In this document: positions 32,365 through 39,277 of the stretch, one piece after another
How positions within the stretch are numbered: the first letter of the stretch is position 1
Layout: each line of letters starts with the position of its first letter
From: Flammeovirgaceae bacterium
GTDB lineage: Bacteria; Bacteroidota; Bacteroidia; Cytophagales; Cyclobacteriaceae
DNA length: 39,277 nucleotides
NCBI GenBank assembly: GCA_003229495.1
Contig: QIEB01000489.1
Coordinates: 1 to 39,277 of the forward strand
Reading direction: 5' to 3'
Notes under the pieces: generated by a model
Seen by the model: the letters and a program-made list of their open reading frames with translations, nothing else
Databases searched by the model: none
What the model was told of the DNA's origin: nothing
Position numbers and translations under genes: made by a program

Positions 32365-35178
32365 ATGCCCAGAGATAAAAGTATCAAATCAGTTCTTATT
32401 ATTGGGAGCGGTCCTATTATAATTGGTCAGGCTTGTGAATTTGACTATAGTGGGTCTCAGGCTGCCCGGTCGCTTCGAGAAGAAGGAATAGAGGTTATAC
32501 TGATAAATTCCAACCCTGCCACTATCATGACTGATCCAGTGACAGCAGACCATATTTATCTAAAACCACTAGAGCGAAAGTACATTATTCAAATCCTGGA
32601 GGAACACCACATTGATGCGGTGCTTCCAACTATGGGCGGCCAAACAGCGCTGAACCTCGCCATTGAATGTGAAAATTCCGGTATCTGGGAAAAATATGGA
32701 GTTAAGATCATTGGAGTGGACATTAAAGCCATCGAAACCACCGAAGATCGCGAGAAATTCAGGCTGAAAATGCAGGAGTTGGAGATACACGTTTGTAGAG
32801 GAAAGACCGCCACCTCCTTTTTGCAAGGTAAAGAGATCGCTCAGGAAATAGGATTTCCCCTGGTAATACGGCCGTCCTACACCTTGGGAGGTACCGGAGG
32901 TGGGTTTGTAAATACTCCTGATTTATTCGAGAAAGCATTGAACAATGGACTTCATGCATCGCCAATTCATGAAGTTCTGATCGAGAAAAGCATCATGGGA
33001 TGGAAAGAATACGAATTGGAGTTGTTACGTGATAGCAGGGGCAACGTTATCATAATATGCTCTATCGAAAACTTCGATCCAATGGGCGTGCACACCGGAG
33101 ATTCTGTAACAGTGGCTCCAGCTATGACGTTGCCAGATACGGTGTACCAGGAGATGAGAAATCTGGCCATTCGCATGATGAATGGAATTGGAAAGTTTGC
33201 AGGCGGTTGCAATGTTCAGTTTGCCGTAAACCCTGAGAATGACAAGATCATAGCCATTGAAATCAACCCCCGGGTAAGTCGTTCTTCCGCTTTGGCCAGC
33301 AAGGCAACTGGGTACCCTATTGCTAAGGTCGCCGCAAAATTAGCTATTGGTTTTAATCTTAATGAGCTAGATAACCAGATCACCAAAACAACCAGTGCAT
33401 ATTTCGAACCAGCCTTAGACTATGTAATAGTAAAGATACCCCGTTGGAACTTTGATAAATTTAAAGGTTCAGATCAACACCTTGGTTTACAGATGAAGTC
33501 GGTGGGTGAAGTGATGGGGATTGGGCGGAACTTTCAAGAGGCATTACAAAAGGCCTGCCAGTCACTGGAGATCAACCGTAATGGTCTGGGAGCGGACGGA
33601 CGGGAAGTGCTACATAGAGAAAAACTCTTGGACAGTCTGGCCAATCCTACCTGGAACCGGTTATTTCATATATATGATGCCTTTAAATTGGGCATCCCTT
33701 TCAATACCATTCAGAACCTGACTAAAATTGACAAATGGTTCTTACAGCAAATTGAAGAGTTGATAGATCTGGAAAACCAGCTGAAAGCTAACACATTGGA
33801 CACAATTCCCAAAGACCTGCTAAGAACCGCCAAAGTAAAAGGCTACGCAGATCGTCAACTTGGACACTTATTGGGTTGTTTGGAAAGTGAGGTGTTCCAA
33901 CATCGAATCAATCTAGGTATCCAACGAGTCTATAAATTGGTAGACACCTGCGCCGCGGAATTTGAAGCTGAGACCCCATATTATTACAGTACTTTCGATG
34001 AGGAAAATGAATCGGTAAGCTCAGACAACAAAAAGATTGTGGTCCTGGGTTCAGGTCCGAACCGTATTGGTCAGGGCATAGAGTTCGACTACAGTTGTGT
34101 TCATGGAGTACTTGCCGCTAAAGAATGTGGGTATGAGACCATCATGATCAACTGCAACCCGGAAACGGTTAGCACTGATTTTGACATTGCTGATAAGCTG
34201 TACTTCGAACCGGTATTTTGGGAGCACATTTACGACATTATCATGCATGAGAAACCGGAAGGAGTGATTGTACAACTTGGTGGGCAAACCGCTCTTAAAC
34301 TTGCTGAAAAACTCACCAGGTTCGGTATTAAGGTTATCGGCACCAGCTATGAGTCGCTTGATCTTGCCGAGGATCGCGGGAAGTTTTCAACTTTATTAAA
34401 GGAAAACAACATCCCCTACCCTCCTTTCGGAGTGATAGAGGATGCAGCAGGTGCTCTGGAACTTTCAAAGGAAATTGGTTTTCCGCTTTTAGTCAGGCCT
34501 TCTTACGTGCTGGGTGGGCAGAGTATGAAGATCGTGATCAACGAGCAAGAGCTTGAGGCCCATGTTCTTGACATTCTAAAAGACATCCCCGGCAATAAAG
34601 TCCTGTTGGACCATTTTCTAGATGGAGCAATAGAAGCAGAAGCCGATGCCATCAGCGACGGAGAAGATGTTTATATCATTGGGATCATGGAGCATATAGA
34701 GCCAGCGGGTATTCACTCAGGTGATTCGTATGCGGTACTGCCTCCCTATAATCTAGGTGACTTTGTGATGCGTCAGATTGAAAAACACACCATAAAGATA
34801 ACTCTGGCCTTGAAAACCGTAGGCCTTATCAATGTTCAATTTGCTATTAAGAATGACAAGGTTTATGTTATTGAAGCCAATCCCAGAGCTAGTCGAACAG
34901 TACCATTTATTTGCAAGGCTTACAATGAACCCTATGTAAATTATGCCACCAAAGTGATGTTGGGAGAGAAGAAATTAAAGGATTTTAATTTTAGCCCTGT
35001 AAGAAATGGTTATGCTATTAAAGAGCCGGTATTTTCTTTCGATAAATTTCCCGATGTAAACAAAGAGTTAGGACCCGAAATGAAATCCACTGGAGAAGCA
35101 ATCTATTTTATCGATGACCTGATGGATGATTATTTTATGAAAATTTATTCAGAACGAAACCTGTACCTTAGTAAATAA
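32365..35178 (+). CDS. carB: carbamoyl-phosphate synthase large subunit (short form, without the C-terminal allosteric/MGS-like domain)
   Basis: Two ATP-grasp halves (VLIIGSGPIIIGQACEFDYSG... and IVVLGSGPNRIGQGIEFDY...), EINPRVSRSSALASKATG, EANPRASRTVPF. The protein ends at aa 937. Confidence 0.96.
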   Translation: MPRDKSIKSVLIIGSGPIIIGQACEFDYSGSQAARSLREEGIEVILINSNPATIMTDPVTADHIYLKPLERKYIIQILEEHHIDAVLPTMGGQTALNLAIECENSGIWEKYGVKIIGVDIKAIETTEDREKFRLKMQELEIHVCRGKTATSFLQGKEIAQEIGFPLVIRPSYTLGGTGGGFVNTPDLFEKALNNGLHASPIHEVLIEKSIMGWKEYELELLRDSRGNVIIICSIENFDPMGVHTGDSVTVAPAMTLPDTVYQEMRNLAIRMMNGIGKFAGGCNVQFAVNPENDKIIAIEINPRVSRSSALASKATGYPIAKVAAKLAIGFNLNELDNQITKTTSAYFEPALDYVIVKIPRWNFDKFKGSDQHLGLQMKSVGEVMGIGRNFQEALQKACQSLEINRNGLGADGREVLHREKLLDSLANPTWNRLFHIYDAFKLGIPFNTIQNLTKIDKWFLQQIEELIDLENQLKANTLDTIPKDLLRTAKVKGYADRQLGHLLGCLESEVFQHRINLGIQRVYKLVDTCAAEFEAETPYYYSTFDEENESVSSDNKKIVVLGSGPNRIGQGIEFDYSCVHGVLAAKECGYETIMINCNPETVSTDFDIADKLYFEPVFWEHIYDIIMHEKPEGVIVQLGGQTALKLAEKLTRFGIKVIGTSYESLDLAEDRGKFSTLLKENNIPYPPFGVIEDAAGALELSKEIGFPLLVRPSYVLGGQSMKIVINEQELEAHVLDILKDIPGNKVLLDHFLDGAIEAEADAISDGEDVYIIGIMEHIEPAGIHSGDSYAVLPPYNLGDFVMRQIEKHTIKITLALKTVGLINVQFAIKNDKVYVIEANPRASRTVPFICKAYNEPYVNYATKVMLGEKKLKDFNFSPVRNGYAIKEPVFSFDKFPDVNKELGPEMKSTGEAIYFIDDLMDDYFMKIYSERNLYLSK

Positions 35179-35206
35179 GTTATTATTAGAAAGTGCTTCA
35201 TTAGAT

Positions 35207-35446
35207 ATGTTGAAATTTCTGGCCATATTATTTATTGTTTCATACCTGACCTACAAAGTTGGCGGCTACCTGATACGGGCACTTTATATCACTCTGGGAC
35301 ATGACCCCTCCCAACGAAATTTTCACCGCAAATCAAAAGCAAGTGCGGATGGAAATATAAATATTGACTATGTCCCACAGGACAAAAAAAGGAGTAAAAA
35401 AGACTTTAAGGGAGGAGAATATGTCGATTACGAGGATGTTAAATAA
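35207..35446 (+). CDS. DUF4834 family small membrane protein
   Basis: 79 aa. N-terminal TM helix, basic linker, and a C-terminal GGEYVDYEDV motif typical of DUF4834. Confidence 0.6.
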   Translation: MLKFLAILFIVSYLTYKVGGYLIRALYITLGHDPSQRNFHRKSKASADGNINIDYVPQDKKRSKKDFKGGEYVDYEDVK

Positions 35447-35449
35447 TCG

Positions 35450-35480
35450 ATAGCGCGCTATGCGCCTGGCGCCAAGCGCA
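35450..35480. terminator. GC-rich nested palindromes between convergent genes (possible bidirectional terminator without a U-tract)
   Basis: atagcgcgctat is a 12-bp perfect palindrome (35450-35461). tgcgc-ctggcgccaa-gcgca (35461-35480) contains the 8-bp palindrome tggcgcca. Confidence 0.35.
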
Positions 35481-35491
35481 AACACACAGCC

Positions 35492-35731
35492 CTAATTATA
35501 CCTCTTATACTTATTTTGACTATTGTATTTCTTCCAGTTTGGTGCTTTACTACTTTGCACTTTATTCCTGCTGGTGGCACTGCGAATACGGTAGTTAGTT
35601 GCTACCTCGTAGTCATTGTAGGTTGAACCATTTTGATAAATATAAGTAGTTTCGGCACAGCCTCCCATTAGCAACATAAACAGGATCATCCCTACTGGTA
35701 ATATTTTCTGTTTTTCTAATAGTGCCCTCAT
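35492..35731 (-). CDS. small hypothetical lipoprotein
   Basis: 79 aa. Hydrophobic signal with lipobox LLMGGC. The tail is basic and N/K/Y-rich. The start could instead be the internal Met at 35689. Confidence 0.45.
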   Translation of the reverse strand: MRALLEKQKILPVGMILFMLLMGGCAETTYIYQNGSTYNDYEVATNYRIRSATSRNKVQSSKAPNWKKYNSQNKYKRYN

Positions 35732-35968
35732 CCTGCCGTGGTTAAATGTGAATAATTACTGTTGATACCTGGTGGAGCAAAATGGTAACAAGGTCGGTCT
35801 GAAATAAACTTACATCTCAGAAATTGGATGATGCCATGGATTAATTGTGCAATACATAGTATTTTGGCGAATTCAGGCCGATTTTGGTCAATTTCGAAAT
35901 CCTTTAGTACATGATCTTTTAGGATTTATTGCTACAAATCCTATTATTGCAATCCCATTCAAGCAAAC

Positions 35969-36808
35969 ATGGCCTGGTTTAGAAGAAAAGACAAAGGAAT
36001 TCAAACCCCAACCGAAGCCAAAAAGGAAGCACCTGATGGACTTTGGTATAAAACCCCCAAAGGACATCCCATCCATATCAGGGAATTAAAGAGTAACTGT
36101 TTCGTCAGTATCAAGGATGACCATCACTTCAGGATCGGATCTAATGAATACTTTGAGATTCTATTTGATGACAACAAGTTCCAGGAATTTGATTCAGATT
36201 TGACATCCGCTGACCCATTGGGGTTTGTTGATACCAAAGCATATCCGGATCGCATTGAGTCTACCCAGGAAAAAACTAATTTGAAAGATGCTGTTCGTTC
36301 AGCTACCGGCAATCTCAATGGTATTTCTATGGTAATATGTTGTATGGATTTTGAATTCATCGGTGGCTCAATGGGATCGGTAGTGGGGGAAAAAATTTCA
36401 AAAGCCATAGACTATTGCCTAAAACATGGTCTTCCACTTTTAATAATCTCGAAATCCGGAGGCGCCCGAATGATGGAGGCCGGATTTTCTTTGATGCAAA
36501 TGGCCAAGACATCCGCCAAACTATCCCTAATGGCAGATGCTGGTTTACCCTATATTAGCCTATTAACTGATCCTACTACCGGGGGTGTCACCGCTTCATT
36601 TGCCATGTTGGGTGATTTCAACATAGCGGAACCTGGGGCGTTGATCGGGTTTGCCGGACCAAGAATAATCAGGGAAACCATTGGTAAAAGTTTACCCAAG
36701 GGTTTTCAAAGTTCAGAATTTCTGCTTGAACATGGATTCCTTGATTTTATAGTTGATCGCCGCGAATTGAAGGATCGACTCACAGTGCTTCTAAAGATGC
36801 TCCAATAG
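35969..36808 (+). CDS. accD: acetyl-CoA carboxylase carboxyltransferase beta subunit
   Basis: 279 aa. [65 protein letters not shown]. Confidence 0.93.
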   Translation: MAWFRRKDKGIQTPTEAKKEAPDGLWYKTPKGHPIHIRELKSNCFVSIKDDHHFRIGSNEYFEILFDDNKFQEFDSDLTSADPLGFVDTKAYPDRIESTQEKTNLKDAVRSATGNLNGISMVICCMDFEFIGGSMGSVVGEKISKAIDYCLKHGLPLLIISKSGGARMMEAGFSLMQMAKTSAKLSLMADAGLPYISLLTDPTTGGVTASFAMLGDFNIAEPGALIGFAGPRIIRETIGKSLPKGFQSSEFLLEHGFLDFIVDRRELKDRLTVLLKMLQ

Positions 36809-36814
36809 GCCAAG

Positions 36815-36889
36815 GGTTGAAGGATTGAAGGATTGAATGTTAATGATCGAATGCTAAAACAAACAGTCCCACAGTCCTGCAGTCCTGCA
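36815..36889. repeat. two stutter blocks after accD
   Basis: ggttgaaggattgaaggattgaatg (36815-36839) and cagtcccacagtcctgcagtcctgca (36864-36889). gaatgttaat between them is shared with the 8462-8480 arm (reverse complement). Confidence 0.75.
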
Positions 36890-36898
36890 ATAATTAAT

Positions 36899-36906
36899 TA
36901 TATTTG
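36899..36906 (+). promoter_or_regulatory. candidate -7 box (TATATTTG) for nqrF
   Basis: Exact TAnnTTTG match 43 nt upstream of the nqrF ATG. Confidence 0.4.
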
Positions 36907-36949
36907 TGACGGTTAAAATACCCGGACAAATTAAAATAATTTTACCCAT

Positions 36950-38254
36950 ATGACAACCATTATTACCTCCATCGTGGCCTTTACGATGGTGATTCTACTA
37001 TTGGTTATGATCCTGTTATTTGCTCAGAGCAAATTGGTTCACTCGGGGGATGTTAGAATAATAATAAACGGGGATGACAGTAATGCCCTAATAACTGCCG
37101 CGGGTACTAGTTTACTATCAACACTTTCTAGTCAAAAACTATTTCTTCCCTCCGCTTGTGGGGGTGGTGGTACCTGCGGCATGTGTAAGTGTGTAATTGA
37201 AGACGGAGGCGGGGAGGTATTACCAACTGAAGTGGGTCATTTAAGCCGTAGTGAACAAAAGGAAAAAGTTCGATTGGCATGTCAGGTTAAGGTAAAACAG
37301 GACATGAGTATTCGCATACCAGAAGAAATATTTGGTATAAAAAAATGGGAATGTGAGGTTGTGAGCAATTACAACCTTTCTACATTTATTAAGGAATTTG
37401 TGGTGAAGCTACCTCCTGGAGAAACTTTGGATTTTAAATCAGGGGGGTACATACAAATTGACGTGCCAGAAGTTCAGGTAGCTTTTAGAGATATGGATAT
37501 TAGTCCAAAACCAGATATGGGGCACCCTGATGAGGTGTTCAAATCTGATTGGGATAATTTCAAAATGTGGGACTTATCCATGAAAAATGATGAACAGATA
37601 TTCCGGGCCTATTCCATGGCCAACCATCCGGCTGAAGGGGATATAATTATGCTAAACATACGAATCGCTACTCCGCCCTGGGACCGTAATGCCGGTAAAT
37701 TCATGGGTGTAAATCCCGGCATTTGCAGCTCCTATGTTTTCTCAAGAAAACTTGGAGACATGGTTACCATCTCAGGTCCTTATGGTGAGTTCTTTATTAA
37801 TGAGTCCACAAAAAGAGAAATGATCTACATTGGTGGTGGCGCAGGAATGGCGCCTCTGCGGTCTCATATATTCCATCTTTTTCACACTGAGAAAACAGAT
37901 CGAAAGGTCTCTTTCTGGTACGGTGGCCGATCACGAAAAGAACTATTCTACACCGATCAATTCAGGAAAATTGAAGACCAATTTCCCAACTTTAGCTTAA
38001 ACATTGCCTTGTCGGAACCCTTACCAGATGATAATTGGGTGGTCAATAAATCACTAGACGATGAGCAAGGAGATGGTTATTTGGGATTCATCCACCAGGC
38101 TTTATACGATAATTATTTAGGGCAACATGCAGAACCTGAAGAAGTAGAATATTACTTATGTGGACCTCCATTAATGAATGCTGCGGTGCTGAAAATGCTG
38201 GACGATCTGGGCATCCCTAAAGAAAATATTCGCTTCGACGATTTCGGAGGTTAA
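36950..38254 (+). CDS. nqrF: Na+-translocating NADH:quinone oxidoreductase subunit F
   Basis: N-terminal TM helix, 2Fe-2S motif PSACGGGGTCGMCKC, FAD motif RAYSMANHP, NAD domain GGGAGMAPLRSH. Confidence 0.92.
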   Translation: MTTIITSIVAFTMVILLLVMILLFAQSKLVHSGDVRIIINGDDSNALITAAGTSLLSTLSSQKLFLPSACGGGGTCGMCKCVIEDGGGEVLPTEVGHLSRSEQKEKVRLACQVKVKQDMSIRIPEEIFGIKKWECEVVSNYNLSTFIKEFVVKLPPGETLDFKSGGYIQIDVPEVQVAFRDMDISPKPDMGHPDEVFKSDWDNFKMWDLSMKNDEQIFRAYSMANHPAEGDIIMLNIRIATPPWDRNAGKFMGVNPGICSSYVFSRKLGDMVTISGPYGEFFINESTKREMIYIGGGAGMAPLRSHIFHLFHTEKTDRKVSFWYGGRSRKELFYTDQFRKIEDQFPNFSLNIALSEPLPDDNWVVNKSLDDEQGDGYLGFIHQALYDNYLGQHAEPEEVEYYLCGPPLMNAAVLKMLDDLGIPKENIRFDDFGG

Positions 38255-38311
38255 AGATTTAAGCCCTTTATGATGATACTAACCGGGCTTATTTAGTAAT
38301 TTTTTTATCAA

Positions 38312-39277
38312 ATGGACCTGAATATATTTTTTTCCGCAATCGATGAGACCATTGTTCAGTCCATTGATGATGTAAGTGCTTTTTACCATTCCGTTCACGT
38401 GAATACCCATGAAATGCCTTCCTACAAGGAAGCGGATATTGCTATTATTGGATTACAAGAAGAAAGAGGGACCTTGAATAACCAAGGGGTGGCGGCGGCG
38501 GCGGATGAAATACGCGGTAAACTGTATCGACTGAAGTCAGGAATGTACCCTTACCGGATCGCAGACCTGGGCAATCTCCGCAATGGGATTTCTCTTGAGG
38601 AAACTTGTCTGCGAATTAAAGAAGTCTGTAACATACTTCTGGTACACAATGTACTGCCAGTACTCATTGGAGGAACGCATGACCTCGATTATGGTCAGTT
38701 TATGGCCTATGAGGATTTGGGAAAACTAATCAGCATATTGAACGTGGACGCATTCCTGGATTTGGAAGAAAACGATCAACTGGGAGCATCACGGCAGCAT
38801 ATTCATAAAATGCTTCTTTTTGAACCTAACTACTTATTCAATTATAATCAACTGGGCCATCAAAGCTATCTGATCGACCCAGTGGCAATAAACCTGCTGG
38901 AAAAGCTATATTTTGATGTTTACCGATTGGGTTTACTGAAGGAGAATGTTCATGAAATGGAACCAGTGATTCGCAACGCCGATATGATGACCTTTGATAT
39001 TACCGCCATTAAATCCAGTGATGCTCCAGGCAACGCAAATGCTCAACCTTTTGGCCTGTCCGGGGAGGAGGCCTGTCAGGTGTGCTGGTATGCGGGCCTC
39101 AATGAAAAACTAAGTTCGGCCGGTTTTTATGAATACAACCCGGAATATGATGATGATCATCAATCTACTGCCAGAGTGGCGGCGACCATGATCTGGTATT
39201 TTATTGAAGGCTTTTACAATCGAAAAAAGGAACAGGATTATAAAAGCAATGATTATCTAAAATATGTGGTGACTATG
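38312..39277 (+). CDS. arginase/formimidoylglutamase-fold protein, 3'-truncated by the window edge
   Basis: ATG at 38312. The frame stays open for 322 codons to the end of the window. GGTHDLDYG resembles the HutG-type GGGHD motif. It is absent from the ORF track because no stop codon lies in the window. Confidence 0.7.
   Translation, partial: MDLNIFFSAIDETIVQSIDDVSAFYHSVHVNTHEMPSYKEADIAIIGLQEERGTLNNQGVAAAADEIRGKLYRLKSGMYPYRIADLGNLRNGISLEETCLRIKEVCNILLVHNVLPVLIGGTHDLDYGQFMAYEDLGKLISILNVDAFLDLEENDQLGASRQHIHKMLLFEPNYLFNYNQLGHQSYLIDPVAINLLEKLYFDVYRLGLLKENVHEMEPVIRNADMMTFDITAIKSSDAPGNANAQPFGLSGEEACQVCWYAGLNEKLSSAGFYEYNPEYDDDHQSTARVAATMIWYFIEGFYNRKKEQDYKSNDYLKYVVTM

Noticed and set aside
35847-36089. 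ORFs 35847-36089 (plus) and 35888-36076 (minus) overlapping the accD start.
   Set aside because: The accD frame beginning [10 protein letters not shown] matches the conserved AccD N-terminus. The overlapping ORFs are short, have no motifs, and one is antisense.
38257-38310. Possible terminator after nqrF (taagccc-18 nt-gggctta followed by a T-rich tract).
   Set aside because: The stem is only 7 bp with an 18-nt loop, and the T-run is separated from the stem. This is too weak to call from sequence alone.
1-39277. Signs of a mobile element, prophage, integron or genomic island (integrase, transposase, tRNA attachment site, long direct repeats, sharp compositional shift).
   Set aside because: No such genes, no tRNA genes and no long flanking repeats were found. 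The only GC-rich anomalies are the S16 repeat, the lpd insert and the 35450-35480 palindromes, and none of them has mobility genes.

Overview
This window looks like about 39 kb of an AT-rich Bacteroidota chromosome, Cytophagia/Flavobacteriia-like. Support for that lineage: several genes are preceded by the Bacteroidetes -7 box TAnnTTTG, Shine-Dalgarno sequences are absent, and DUF4834, DUF5916 and a CarB without the allosteric domain are present. The content is mostly core housekeeping. In order: a truncated PhoU-like 3' end; an SLC13/DASS permease with TrkA-C domains; secA / SPOR lipoprotein / M20 amidohydrolase (minus strand); dapF; a Dabb protein; the conserved rpsP-rimM-trmD-rplS ribosomal cluster (minus); sucA-sucB-lpd (plus); a class III cyclase-TM-TolB-like-TPR receptor; a small accessory stretch (DUF2270, type-2 ACAD-like flavoenzyme, ASST-like lipoprotein, serine hydrolase); a DUF5916 outer-membrane protein; a 1013-aa multidomain ABC transporter with a neighbouring lipoprotein; carB; DUF4834; a small lipoprotein; accD; an isolated nqrF; and a truncated arginase-fold gene. 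I found no rRNA, tRNA, CRISPR array, integrase, transposase or recognisable defence system, so I cannot claim a clear-cut novel system. The four best leads are as follows. (1) The TerB-like/FHA-like/ABCG-type transporter, which carries a roughly 190-aa coiled-coil insert before its last TM helix. (2) Ribosomal protein S16, which carries a roughly 270-aa acidic A/E/P tail encoded by about 30 tandem 27-bp repeats. (3) An orphan intrinsic terminator with a through-reading mini-ORF and tandem AATCGATT palindromes upstream of a carB that lacks its allosteric domain. (4) A dispersed family of short stuttering word repeats in intergenic spacers. All functional calls come from reading the translated ORFs and motifs by eye. 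No database search was run.
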